Shown one piece after another: positions 26,062-39,489 of a DNA stretch of 64,000 bases. The position numbers and the translations under genes are program-made. The notes under the pieces were generated by a model. The model saw nothing but the letters and a program-made list of their open reading frames with translations, had not been told where the DNA came from and did no database searches. This DNA comes from Mobula birostris (Eukaryota): assembly GCF_030028105.1 (NCBI RefSeq), contig NC_092375.1:70655130-70719129 (forward strand), written 5' to 3'. Positions within the stretch are counted from its first letter, which is position 1. Each line of letters opens with the position of its first letter.

Positions 26062-27559
26062 GTACACCTTCGTGCTTTTGGTGAAACATATGTCACTAAC
26101 TGACGCTTGAGTCCACATCAAGTAAAGACATTTCCTCTATATAATATTTAACAACCGCCTCCACCCAGTATTTTAAAACCAGTTTCCAATCTAGTTGAAA
26201 CATTCAACTCTTGCATCCTTAAATGACGACAAACCGTTCTTATTTTGATCCGTTTCTGTGTTCGGGACATTTCAACAAAGGCCCAACCTCTTTGTAAATC
26301 ACAATTGTAAATCTGAGTAGCTAATGCTTTGTTCATTACTGAAGTTCGGAGATAGCGTGAACAGCAATGGCCAATAGCTCGATCACAAAAGATTAATCAA
26401 GTACCAAAACAATTAACTGAATTTTTTTGACTGTAAGGGAGTGGATGGTTATGGGGAACAAGCGGGGGAAATGAAACTGAAATCAAAGTAAAAATCCACT
26501 TTGCCTCATGACATAGGAGAGGGCTGTTCCACCCCTTTATGACAGTGCATGATTGCCAGTAATGTAGCAAGTAGACGCTCCAGTAAAGCTGCCACCTCAC
26601 AATTCCAGTTACCTAGGTTCAATCCTGATTTCCAGTGCTATCTGAGTGGAATTGGCAGCTAATAGTTTTGGCCATGTAGGTTTCAGCTAAGTGTACCGAT
26701 TTCTTCCTGCCTCTCAAAGACATTTGGGTAAGAGGGAGTTGATATAAAGTGGGGGGAATAGTGTACAATTATACTGGATGTTTAATAATTATCGAGGACT
26801 CATTGGGCCAAATGGCCTTTTTCTGCAACTCCATGAATTAACTTATTGAATGGCGAAACAGCTTCAATAATCTATTGGCTAGTTATTCATTGTGGCCTTA
26901 CAGGTTTATATTACGAAGCTTGTAAATCTGTCCACCAGTGAAGATACTGTTGTTAGAAGATGTAAAACATTATTTAATTAAAATTAAGTAGAATGGCACA
27001 CTTTAAAAACAACAGTAGAAAGAACAACGAGCACTTTGATCGTGAAAGCTTGTGGTCTCAAAGCATTATACGGTATTTCACAACTCAAGAAACCTCTCAA
27101 AATTGCTGGAACATGAATTCACCAAGTCAATGATGCTGCCTGGCCTGCTGCGTTCACCAGCAACTTTGATGTGTGTTGCTTGAATTTCCAGCATCTGCAG
27201 AATTCCTGTTGTTTGAAGTCAATGAATTTGTCGTCTTGAATAAATAGCTTCTCGGTAGCTGAATTACCAAATATTTTCAAAGTTAAATTTAAACCATCCC
27301 TTGAATTTATAATTGCATTCTAAAAATGTAATCTTTCAAATCCCGGTGGGTTGTGTTGTCTTCAGGTTTGAGCTTCAGTGAAATGGTCCAAATGTTTAGA
27401 TCAAGTCTTATATACACTTGATGTGCCATCTCCCAGTTTTTAAAACTGCATACATTTTAAGAACAAAATGAGTTTGTTTGTATTAATGTTCTGACTCCTG
27501 CACTAGATTTTAATCTTTGGTTATGGATTCCCTTGAGTTTTGTAACTTTAAATAGATAG

Positions 27560-27920
27560 AAAATTACAGGAAAGGAAATTACAGTGTCACAGTAGCATTA
27601 CAAGTTCACAGATATAAATGTTAGAAGAGAAGTAGAAAGAATAAAAGATAGGTTACCACAAACCATCTAAGAGGAGGGGTCATCACTTCCCAGCTATAGG
27701 TTGACTCATTATAGAGCCTAATGGCCAAGGATAAGAATGACCTCATATAGTGCTCTTTGGAGCAGTACAGTTGTCTTAGTCTACTACTAAAAGTTCTCCT
27801 CTGTTCAGCCACGGTGGCATGCCAAGGGTGAGAAACAATTGCCAGGATTTTCCATAGGCTCCTTTGTTCTACCACGGCCTCCAGTGTGTCCAGTTTGACT
27901 CCTATAACAGAGCCAGTCAA
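27560..27920 (-). mobile_element. Rex-like LINE 3' end (same family as 37045-37880)
   Basis: Near-identical to the 3' part of the 37 kb copy; peptide SRLRQLYCSKEHYMRSFLSLAIRLYN. Confidence 0.8.
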
Positions 27921-28279
27921 TGGGTTTGAATTAAAAGGAGTTGTAACTGAGCTGAAGAAACTTTAGAACTGTGGAGGCCAAATGTAGGTTTAGAAATTTT
28001 ATTTTAGTTGAACCTAAAACTGTGCTTATTTTAATGAATGAAGGTCTAGAGCTTTAAAGTTTTGATAAATTGCCAATAGAAGATTGGTGAGATAGTTGTC
28101 AGGTAAAAAGCACACAACACAACTTCTAAATTGTAATATCTAATTTGTTGTAATTCTGACAGCAATTACTTATGTACATTCATATTGGGATTGTTGCAAT
28201 TACATAATTATTTTTTGACATGCAACATGTTCACTTCTTATGTGCAGCTTTCATATACTGTGAAGACATTTCTTTCAAA

Positions 28280-28471
28280 ATGTCCAGTCCTGCTAATGCT
28301 GAGGCACAGATGTCTGAACTGGAACTTCTTTTCAGCATGTTTCCTAATGAAGTTACAGTGGATGATCAGCTGGCTTTAGCCGATCTCAGAGACTATATAC
28401 AAGGAAAGATGCAGAGCTCACCAACATCAAGACTACAGTACACTGTATCCCTTCGTCTGGATGCTCTTAAT
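28280..28471 (+). CDS. RWDD2B: RWD domain-containing protein 2B, coding exon (exon begins at 28248)
   Basis: MSSPANAEAQMSELELLFSMFPNEVTVDDQLALADL matches the RWDD2B AEAQLAELDLLASMFP motif. GTCGGT donor at 28472 gives phase 0. Confidence 0.9.
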
Positions 28472-28577
28472 GTCGGTATTGCTTCAGAAATGTTTATGAA
28501 ACAAGATGATTTCTGATTGTTTGAGATTATTGTCCATAAAACATTTTCTTCCAATGAATGCTTTCTTTTGTTTTCAG

Positions 28578-28645
28578 GTATTGTGTGCATTATGTTGTGT
28601 TTTCCCCCCAAATTATCCATCTGTACTACCAGAAATTTCAATAAG
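28578..28645 (+). CDS. RWDD2B: RWDD2B coding exon containing the RWD YP motif
   Basis: VLCALCCVFPPNYPSVLPEISIR; ttttcAG acceptor and GTACAG donor; 68 nt. Confidence 0.93.
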
Positions 28646-29102
28646 GTACAGTAGAGTCAGTTTTGCTGGAGGCTACTTTGTTAACTGTAGTGGAGACAGT
28701 TTAATGATTTAATTTATTTCTTTGTTCTACCCATGTCTCTTTCATGTCCCTTTCTAACTATATTTGAGTCAAATAGAAAACTGTTTTATTGGTGAAGCTA
28801 TCATTGAAATGTAAACTCAACTGCTCGCTCACTGTATATAAGAAATAATACTTAGTCTCCATATCCTGCTCCCTTTTGTGGAGAAGTGCATGACCTTTGG
28901 TATTTTCATTCAAAGGCACATTTGAAATCATGAACTCTGAGAATGATTAGTAAAAGATACAATTCCATGGCTCTACATATTGTCCAGGTAGTTATCGTAC
29001 CAAGAATTAACGAATTAGATTACAGTTGCAGCATCATTTTGATTGTTGCACTGTCCTGCAATCTAACTTATTCATTCCACCTCTTTCCCTTAATTATTAA
29101 AA

Positions 29103-29205
29103 ATATAGAAACATAGAAAACCTACAGCACAATACAGGCCCTTCGGCCCACAAAGTTGTGCCGAACATGTCCCTACCTTAGAAATTACTAGGCTTACCTA
29201 TAGCC
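29103..29205 (-). mobile_element. Short CR1 3' tail
   Basis: (atagaaac)n followed by caatacaggcccttcggcccaca, matching the CR1 3' end at 24720-24810. Confidence 0.75.
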
Positions 29206-29641
29206 CACTTTTATAAGCTAAGCAAAATGCAGAAGCAGTTTAACAAATATGCAGGCTGATATGTTAGTTGAAAAATTCCAGTATAATGTGATGTGTAAAT
29301 TGTTTTGAAAGACATTAAACATTTTAAACTCTCTGATTTAGTGAAGACGTTGAAATCAGATGAGAGTGAGGGATACTAAATTTCAAGTAATTTGCGTAAC
29401 TCATAGTGGATGTGGATGTTGTCACTTTCCCAGAGTCAAAGTTTTGATGCTTAACTATCTCCTTTTTAAAGGATTGACCTTGGCAGAACATTCATTGTAT
29501 GAACAATCTTTATAGGGCCTGAAACCCTTCTTGAGGATGATTCATTGGGACCAATGTTAGAAAAATGTTGATTGCTGCCTGGGCAAGAATTTCTGTCTGG
29601 CATTTTGATTGCTGTAGAGAAACCATACTAACTCTACATTT

Positions 29642-30032
29642 AAAAATTGCTGGTGAAAGCAGCAGGCCAGGCAGCATCTATAGGAAGAGGTACAGTCGAA
29701 GTTTCAGGCCGAGACCCTTTGTTAAGATGAAGGGTCTCGGCCTGAAACATCGACTATACCTCTTCCTATAGATGCATTATACTCTCATCACAGCGATATT
29801 TGATTCTGCGCTTCCTGTTCCCTGGATTACAAATCGATGGTAAATATTAAAAAATTAAATTATAAATCATAATTAGAAAAATAGAAGGTAAGGTAGTGCA
29901 GAAAAAAACCAAGAGGCAGGTCCAGATATTTAGAGGGTACAGCCCAGATCAGATGCTGCCTGGCCTGCTGCGTTCACCAGCAACTTTTATGTGTGTTGCT
30001 TGAAATTCCAGCATCTGCAGATTTCCTCGTGT
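29642..30032. mobile_element. Inverted (palindromic) Penelope-like terminal-repeat insertion with 13-bp TSD and a nested LINE tail
   Basis: TSD taactctacattt at 29629-29641 and 30033-30045. The arms are inverted copies of the Penelope terminal sequence seen at 62606-62710. A nested insert at 29776-29950 is flanked by agatgc on both sides. Confidence 0.8.
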
Positions 30033-30448
30033 TAACTCTACATTTGCAGATTTCCATTGTACAGCTTTTATTACCAGAGAACTACAATTGGAAACATTTT
30101 TAAAAGAACTGATAGCTTTGAATTAAAAACACATTTGCTGAAAAATTGTGTCAAATCTCACAACCTGGAACAGGATTTTCAGAGTTATTCTAAATATAAA
30201 CCCTGTTAAGGAATCAACATTCTAGTGTTCATTTCCTTTTAAAAAAAACTTTTGACAAATGCAGTACCTTAGCAGATCCTTCACCAATATGAGAAAAGCT
30301 CTGCAATATAAAATATGCATAAAAAGGCTGCTTTCTTCCTTTAGAAGCTGAATTGAGAAAATATGTTCAGCTAATTGTTCTATGTCTTGAAGTTTTTTAA
30401 ATGTGGTAACTTTGATTTCAAGTAATTGACATTCCACCTATTTTCCAG

Positions 30449-30811
30449 GTCAGATGCCTTATACAGATCACAGCAGATGCAATTAAATTCAGACCTTCAC
30501 GAGTATTTGAGAAAGAGCTGCTGTGGTGAGATATGTGTACTGGATGCAATCGAGTGGATCAAAGATCATGCTGCCACATACATGAACAAGGGAAGTATTC
30601 CAACTGAAAAGAGGCAACTTACTAACAGGACCAAAGATACAGTTTGTACCAGACTGTGGATCTATAGCCACCATATCTACAACAAAGAGAAGAGGAAAAA
30701 TATTCTGGAGTGGGCAAAAGAGCTTTCTCTGACTGGGTTCTGTATGCCTGGCAAGCCTGGAGTGATTTGTGTAGAAGGGGCATACAGTGCGTGTGAAGAA
30801 TACTGGACAAG
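30449..30811 (+). CDS. RWDD2B: RWDD2B coding exon (end of RWD, start of C-terminal DUF1115-type region)
   Basis: Contains TRLWIYSHHIYNKEKRKNILEWAKELSLTGFCMPGKPGVICVEG, the RWDD2 signature. ttttccAG acceptor, GTTTGA donor; 363 nt. Confidence 0.96.
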
Positions 30812-31294
30812 GTTTGATTTTAGTACACACTATTTCTTTGGAATTAATCAAGTAGCTCATCAGGGCATATGATTGTCGATCAATATATTCCTCATAATAG
30901 GTTTTCGGAACAGATAAGTCATAATTAAAAAAGCATTAGGTATTAGCATTTCCTTAACTTTTCTCTCTTTCAGCATTTAAATATTGATATTTAGATTACA
31001 GTTAATCTAATCTAAATCTGAAGTTGAACTCTACTGTGACACTTTTTTATTGTGTACTGTATATAAAGGATAGTAATTGAAAAGTATATGTTTTCCGATC
31101 TCTAGGTGCTTTTTACTGTTTCTAGAACTCCAGACCTTGAGTTTTAGCCCTTCTTCCCATTGGGTGTGGGATGGGAAGCCTTCAACAAAACACACAATTC
31201 CTATATTCAAGTATATGTGCATACACTTAAGGCCAATCCTATAATTAGCTGTACTTAATGGCATCATTAATTCTTCCATTAATCAACTTGTAAA

Positions 31295-32200
31295 TCAGAA
31301 TCAGGTTTAATATCACCGGCATATGTTGTGAAATTTGTTAACTTTGCGGCAGCAGTACAATGCAATACATGATAAATATAAAAAAAACTTGCTGTAATTA
31401 AGTTATATATGTATATTACATAAATTAAAATAAGTTGTTCAAAAACTGTAATTTTAAAAAGTAGTGAGGTAGTGTTCATGGGTTTAATGTCCATTCAGAA
31501 ATTGTTTGGCAGAGGGGAAGAAGCTGTTCCTGATTGCTGAGTGTGTGCCTTCGGGCTCCTGTACCTCCTTCCTGTTGGTAACAATAAGAAGGGGGCATGT
31601 CTTGGGTGCTGAGGGTCCTTAATGATGGACGCTGACTTTCTGAGGCACTGCTCCTTGAAGATTAGATTAGATTCAACTTTATTGTCATTGTGCCGAGTAC
31701 AGATACAAAGCCAATGAAATACATTTAGCATCTGACCAGAAATGTAAAGAATAGTGTTATTTGCAAAATATCTGCGAATAAAAAAGTGCTACAGCACAGA
31801 AATATAAAAGTACTGAGACAATACAATATGGATGCAATACTGCTTAGCGCTGTGATAAGATGTCTTGGATACTATGGAGGCTAGTACCCATGATGGAGCT
31901 GACTAGTTTTACCATTCTATGCTGTTTACTTCAATCCTGTGCAGTAGCCACCACCCCCACCCCCATACCAGACAGTGATGCAACCAGTCATAATGCTCTC
32001 CACAGAACATCTGCAGAAGAGTTCAAATGTTTTTGGATGTAAACCAAACCTCCTCAAACTTCTAATGAAAGATAGCCATTGCCTTGCCTTCTTTATAGCC
32101 GCATCAATATGTTGGGACCAGATTCGACCAGTTTAGAAATATTGACACCCAGGAACATGAAATTGCTCACTCTCTCTACTTCTGATCCCTCTATGAGGAT
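31295..32200 (-). mobile_element. Rex1/Babar-like LINE 3' part with a nested LINE tail (about 31660-31858)
   Basis: CLRKSASIIKDPQHPRHAPFLLLPTGRRYRS motif and (ctgatt)n tail; the nested insert begins with (attag)n. Confidence 0.75.
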
Positions 32201-34442
32201 TGTAATGGATAACAAAGAAAGATAATCCTCTCTTGACTGTTTTACTCTCCACCATTCAAACCAGTATTCCTTATCACTCTTCTGCCATCCATAGGAATGG
32301 ACTGATCAAGATAGTTGATTCACAGCCTTACAGACTGGGGACAAATGTCTTTAACACTAATATCAACATCTAAATAAGTTTCACTACTGTACTTCAGTAT
32401 CTGTGACAATAATAAACAAATACCAACACCGGGATGAAATATTAGAAAAGCACATTGATGTAAATTTGAAATCAAATTATAGAAATTTAGATCAGCAGTC
32501 GTATTAACGTTCAAAGGGAGAGAAATTCTTGAAATTTGCCCATGAGAATTTTTATGAAAACGTTTTCAGCTTCATGCGTTAGAAAGCAGTGGTAGATTAA
32601 GTTTTGGAGTCTGAAAAGAACAAGACCATTTGACTAAAGGAGAGATAATTTCAACGATTTAATGATTCTGCTGCAAGTGAACTAAAATCAGTTATTCAGG
32701 TTAAATACTAATTTGAAGTTGGGAAATTAAGATATAGACTTGACATATCTCCACAAGGAGGAAAGAAAGGGAATCCACATCGAGAATTGGAGAAACAAAA
32801 AAGTTGTGATGCAAATCTGAAACAAAAACAGATAATGCCACTAAATTCAGGTAGCACCTGGGGAGAGAGAAACAGAGTTAACATTACAGATCTGAAATAT
32901 TTCAGAATGTTCACCATTTCTCAAGATTCTGATGCTAAGTAATTGACCTGAACATTTTCCCTGTCTATGGATTTGACTAATCTGTTGAGTACTTTCATCA
33001 TTGAGTATTTTTATTTCAAATTTGAGATCTTATAACAATCAAACAAGAAACATTTGTTTTATATCCAAGGAACATACATTTTCAGAGCATCTGTAAACAG
33101 TGAAATAGTACAGGTAATCAAAAGAAGGAGCGAGTTAAGGTCCAATGTAAGTACGTACGTATGCATATTCTTCTGAGAAAAGGCACTGTGATATAACATT
33201 AAAGAAATTGGTAACAACAATATTGGATAGGATAAAACAACAGTTAGTTAAAAGGTTGGCGATGTTCACAAAAAAGATACCTAACTCCAGACGGAAAGCT
33301 CCTGGGTGAAGTAAGGTGAACATTGTGCATGCTCTGACCATGCCCTCCAATTGTCAAACACGTGAGTTAGAAGCAGGAGTCGGCCACCCGCAGTGCTATG
33401 CAATTGTGACTGATCTGGTTGTAATCTTGACTCTAATTCTCATTTACCCCATGATAAGCTGTCACTCCCATACAAATATTCATAGACTCTGTTTCCACTG
33501 CCATTTAAGGAGAGGCATTCCAAAAACGTGTTCTTGCCGAGAAAAAATATCACCCCATTTTTGATTTAAATGTTTTATTTTAAACCAGTGACAATGAGTT
33601 TTGGATTCTACCACAAGAAGAAATACCATTTCCACATTGACCCCGTCAAGAACTCGCAACACCTTGTGCTTCGATCAAGTCAACTCCCACTATACTAAAT
33701 TCCACTGGATAGCAACCCAGCCTGTTCAACCTTTCCTCATAACACAACCCATGTTCCAATGTAGTAAATCTTCTAGGAACCACATCCAACACTTTCATAC
33801 CCCTCTTTAAATAAGGAGAACAATATTGTACACATTAGTTCAGACGTGGTTTCACCAGTGCTCTATATAAGTGAATAAAGACCTCCTACTTTTGTATTAA
33901 TTTCACTTAGCAAAATTACTTTTTCTCTATCCTAGCGGATGACTTCTGCAATTCATACACTAGGATCCACAATGCATGATGTAATATTGCTTTAAGTGTT
34001 TGTGGCTATTATATCATTTTTACTTAGGATACCTCTGCTTCTTAGCTTAATGTGAAATGTTTGAAAAATTAAAGGCATTAATTTGGATTAAAATAAATTG
34101 AGACTCGTAAAATTAAAGGTTAATAGATGAAATCCTGTATTTATCAGAGGCAAATTGTGTTTAACTAACTTGATTTTTCGACTGAAACATCAGAGAGGAT
34201 TTATGAAGATACTGCATTTGAAGTTGTATATGAAACTTAAAAGATATTGTATCAATATTTAATATCTGCAACATTGGGCAGGGAATTTGTGTACTTTGGG
34301 CAAGTGGTGAGTGGAGGCTGCATAGCTTCTGGTTGAACTTTGGTGCTTACTTGTTTCTACAACAAGGCAGGAAACATGTTGATTATCAGAGCCACAAATG
34401 CTTAACTTCATATTACATAATGTTACCAGCATACCAGACTAA

Positions 34443-34736
<294 letters not shown>

Positions 34737-35158
34737 ATCAATTGTGGATATATATTATTGTTTACTATACAAAGAGAAAAGAGACTTGTTTAAATATGCC
34801 CCGTTATTCTCTGATGGTCATAAATTCACAAAAGGGTTGTTTCTGAAAAACATTTTGTTAGGTGTTAATTTATAAATTGAAAAGGCTGAACAAAGTGTAT
34901 TATGGGAATTTTGGTACACTTTTTCTGTGCAAAGAGACTGACATGCTATTCATTATAGTGAACAATAGTTGGTAAAACAACATGCAGCCTAAAAAGTCTG
35001 TGGAGTTAAACTTTTGTAAGTCAAGGAATGCCTGTATTACAATCCAACATTTCTGGAAATCTAATTAATTTTTAAACAGTATTCGATCAACAGTTAGGGG
35101 AATCTAATTTTTCAAAATGGAATATTAACAGTACTCCTGCCAGTTTTATATTCCTGTT

Positions 35159-35174
35159 ATTAAATTTGAATAAA
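35159..35174 (+). terminator. Candidate polyadenylation signals of RWDD2B (ATTAAA, AATAAA)
   Basis: ATTAAA at 35159-35164 and AATAAA at 35169-35174, about 430 nt after the stop codon, followed by T/GT-rich sequence. Confidence 0.4.
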
Positions 35175-37044
35175 TTTGGAATTTTTTGTGGTAACTGTAC
35201 CCCTTTTTTAATCATACATTTCCAATACAGGTTATAATGTTACCATTGTTGAGCACCTTTTCGCTACGTCTTACAGCAAACAACAATTAACTCAGAGTGG
35301 ATCAATCATAAGCACATCTATTTTACTTGCTGCAAGGGAAGACCATCACTGCACAAGAGCTGGTGATAGCTTTGAAGAAACAGACAGCATTGTCACTCCT
35401 TTATGCCCAAGTGTTAGCTTTAGTTCATGGGCATTCTGTACATCTGCTTATCATTGCTGGTATTCTTCTAGTAATCAAATCTTCTGGGTCTGCAGTTTGT
35501 CAAGGACTCAGGTTCTATTGGCATAATGTTACATGAACACTGTTAGCAAAGTACCCTGGTACAATACAGGTTCCATTTTGCTACAGACAAAAATGCTATT
35601 TTGTTACTACAAGTACAACATGATTAACATATCTGTTAAGAGCAAGCTAAATGAAATCTATACCTTTATAACAATTGTTTTCGATCTATATTAAGTTTAA
35701 ATGCAGTGTGTAAACTATAAAACAGGGTATTCAATTCCTCAAATGAAGAGGGTAGGTTTCTTTATCAATCAATTATTATTAACATTGTTCATTAAAAATT
35801 TGTGAGAAGAAATCTCTCACTTTGAATTTAAATGGCCCACTGAGCATGTGACCCTAATTCCAGATTCCTCGTCATTTCAAATGCCTTCTTTTCTGTTTCG
35901 TGCACAGCTTGAATGACTTTACAATTTCCACATTACAATCTATTTGCCTTGTCCTTGCTTCATTATTCTTTGTGTTTATATCCCCTTGAAGCCACTTTAC
36001 ACCCACCTTCATACTCATAATCCCACCTAGTTTTATATCATAGCAAATTTGGAAATATGACATTTGATCCTCATAGCTAAACCAGTGATTGTAAATAGTT
36101 AGATCTCAAGCACCGATAGCTTCAATGCCCAACAGTCACATACTACTAAATGAGAAAGGTGAATTTATTCCCATTTCACTTTCAGCGTGATAACCAATTC
36201 TCAATTCATATTAGTATACTCCCGGTATGGGCCCCTATCCAGGGTTACAGATCCCACTGCCTTGTGAGTGTCTTCGGGAGAAGAGAAGGCTAAGGAGTAA
36301 ATCCTACACAGATCCGGAGTGGAGCCCCTAAGGGGGTTGGATAATGTATCACATCAGTTCCTGCAGCCAAGCTGATGCCAAATGTACTGCTTCACATTCC
36401 TCTGGACCACGTCCGCAAGGCGGAGAGGGGGATCTTGATGTCTGGGCAGCCCAGGATCTCCATATTCATCGCCCAGGTCTGTGCCCCAGAAATCAGGCAC
36501 ATCCATTGTCTACTTAGACAGACGGAGCCATTGTATGTTATTAGTATACTGTGATAAGCTTGTTGATCTATGCCCTGTGTGGTACCTGACTGAAAATTTT
36601 CTGAAAATCTAAGCACATCACATCAATTATTTTCTTGACTATACACCTAGTCACAAGTTAAAGTACTCTTGTACATTACTCATACATTAATTTTCTGTCA
36701 TAAATAACAGCTAACTCTGCTCAATCTAACTATTCTTTTCAAGGTTTCTTGTGATTAAAAAAGACCACAACACCATTCCCATTACTGGTATTCATCTGAA
36801 AGATCAATAGTCCCCTCCCTTAAATAATAAGGGCCACACTTGTTCCCCTCCATCCACAGGAATGATTCTGGAATGCTTTGAAAGGTGAAATTTAGATACT
36901 TCAGTCTCTCCATTTCCATTCAACCACTTCTTTCAGTTGTGAGGCCCTTGATCCCATTGAAACATTTATTTTCTCCACCTCCCAAACAATTCCCCACACA
37001 TTGTTCCTTTGCTCTTCAAATCCAAAAGATTGACATAGGTTGAT

Positions 37045-37880
37045 ACTTCATTGATCCCAAAGGAAATTACAGTGTCACAGTGGTATTACAAGTGCACAGA
37101 TATAAATATTAGAAGAGAAGTGTAAAGAATTAAATAAGTTACCACAAACTAACAGGTGGGGGTCATCACTTCCCCAAATATAGGTCGACTCATAATGGCC
37201 GAGGGTTAGAATGACTTCATATAGCGCTCTTTGGAGCAGCACGGTTGTCTTAGTCTATTACTAAAAGTGCTCCTCTATTCAGCTAAGGAGGCATGAAGGA
37301 GGTGAGAAACATTGTCCAGGATTGCCAGGATTTTGTTCTACCACAGCCTCCAGTGTGTCCAGTTTGATACCTGTAACAGAGCCAGCCTTTCTAATCAGTT
37401 CATTGAGCCTGTTGGCATCATCCGTGTTGGTGCCATTGCCCCAGCACACCATCGCATAGAAGATTGTACCAACAACAACGGACTGGTAGAACGTGTGAAG
37501 GACAGGCCTGCATATTCCAAAGAACCTCAGTCTCCTCAGGAAGTAGAGGTGACTTTAGCCCTTCTTATACACAGCCTCTGTGTTGGTGCTCCACTCAAGT
37601 CTGTCATTCAGGTGCACCTCCAAATAGCTGTAGGTCCTCACTACATCAATGTCCTCACCATCAATAGCAACAGGGAACAATGCAGGCTTAGTCATAAAGT
37701 CCATCACCATCTCCTTTGTCTTACTAATGTTGAGGTGCAGATGATTCAGTTTGCACCATTTGACAAAGTCCTTCACCAGGGTTCTGTATTCATCCTTTCC
37801 TTCTCCCTTTATACACTCAACTATTGCTGAGTCATCAAAGAAATTCTGCAGATGACATGGCACAGTGTTGTATCTAAAGG
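37045..37880 (-). mobile_element. Rex1/Babar-like LINE 3' fragment (RT C-terminal)
   Basis: LQNFFDDSAIVECI...WCKLNHLHLNISKTKEMVMDF...YSYLEVHLNDRLEWSTNT. Confidence 0.85.
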
Positions 37881-38309
37881 CATACCATATCCATCACAGA
37901 TATTAAATTAAATGTTTATTTCCCAATGCCAAATGAAAAATGAAAAGGTAACCGTGGCTCTTTTTTACACTGAGCCAGACAGCACCTGTGGAAAAGAGTA
38001 CAGTCGACGTTACGGTCCGAGATCTTTACAGCATCTGCAGATTTTCTCTTGTTTGTGATTGGACTCCTTTTACATCGCTCACCTTAATCCCATTAACGTC
38101 AGCACTTTTTGGATTCCCCTTTGTTAAATCAACCACTCGATCACTATTTATTATCTGCTTTAAGAAGTTTCTGTGAACTGGATTAGATCGATTTCCTACA
38201 TTAAAGTTGTGACACGAATGTAGTATTTATTATCTGTCATCGTCAAATGAATTCCAGCAACACTTGGCCAAACCCACATTTAAATTTGGTGAAAAATCTG
38301 TACCTTTCA

Positions 38310-38900
38310 AATCCATCCGCAACTACTGCTCCCGGAGTACTGTACTCCAGAGCGCGGAACTCCCTCTTGGCGTTGCTGTTTCCAGCCGGCAGCTAGTGGG
38401 GAACGGCAACGAGCCCGTCGACCTGCGCAAGCGCAGCGCCTGGGAAGTGTGGAGAGTCGTGGCTCTTTAACGAAAGTTTCGCGTGGAGGCGGCGGACCCG
38501 ATCCCGGATCGGGGGAGAGGGGCACGTGCGATGGGTGGCAAAAACAAACAGCGAACCAAAGGCAACGTGCGGGTAAGGTATTGGCTTCCGCCACGACGCT
38601 GGTAAAAGCCCTTCGGCCCACGCAGCAATGTCAGCCTTTTTAGATTGTGTATCTCAGAAGCACCGATCTTCATTGCTGTTTCTCCATTCCAGTGCCGCAG
38701 AAACGTGGCCTAAATCTCCCCCCCACCCCAAAAAAAACTTGCACCTGTAGGCGCGTGCAGAGAGCGCAGTATTTTTGACACACGGAATCTAGAAACCGTT
38801 CCGCACAAGGGCAAGATCCACTGACCTGGTTTCCTGCTTCTCGTATTGGGGGCGGAGGGGGCAAATTCCAGCTAGGACACCCGGGAGACTCGCTACTGTC
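38310..38900 (+). promoter_or_regulatory. LTN1 CpG island/promoter
   Basis: CpG-rich region around the ATG. ZNF143/SBS-like ACTACTGCTCCCGGAG at about 38322, NRF1-like TGCGCAAGCGCA at 38424-38435, and E-box CACGTG at 38523-38528. Confidence 0.7.
38531..38572 (+). CDS. LTN1: E3 ubiquitin-protein ligase listerin, exon 1
   Basis: MGGKNKQRTKGNVR followed by a GTAAGG donor; this is the listerin N-terminus. Confidence 0.96.
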
Positions 38901-39489
38901 CTTTGAAATGGTGCTCTGGAATCTTAGGTCAGCCCTCCAGAGGGCGAAGGAAGTGTGGAATACTTCCTCTGCAGCCCTGGGTTGTCAGTCTGACAGTGTA
39001 CTCACGTTAGTGATGTTATTCCTTCAAACAGGGAAGCACTTCCTCAAGGATACCTTGTTTTATTTTGGTGAGGGGCTGTGGGAAATAAAAATTGAGTTGT
39101 TTTTTTTTTCTTATTAGTGACTCAAGAAAACGCTGCTGTTTTTGCATTTGTGTAGTACCGGCTTTGACAAACAGCTGACGGTAAAGAACTGATCAGACCA
39201 GAAATAGGCTGGGTCTTAGGATTTGTATATTGGGTAATATTTCAGTGGTGTGTCCTAGATATTGAGACGCATCACTTGTGTCATGAAAAACCACCGTGGT
39301 TAGTATCATCATAACTCTAGATAAGCATGCTGGTGTTCCTTTAGTTCAGCTGAGTTTCCTCATTGATAAATGGCAGGTGACCAGGTGCTTTTGTTTGGGT
39401 TTGTTGCCTCTTTTCCTGAATTAGGATTCATGCTCCTTCTCTGGTGACTCTAAACTATGTGCATACAGGTAATATTGGGATTGGATAGT

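Larger units (their letters stand above)
25740..26080. promoter_or_regulatory. CpG-rich bidirectional promoter shared by USP16 and RWDD2B
   Basis: Local GC/CpG enrichment, NRF1-like ACGCATGCGCGA at 25951-25962, and oppositely oriented splice donors at 25802 (-) and 25977/26062 (+). Confidence 0.75.

Noticed and set aside
28476-28481. Alternative RWDD2B donor GTATTG, 4 nt downstream of the chosen donor
   Set aside because: It would frameshift the next exon; GTCGGT at 28472 preserves the frame.
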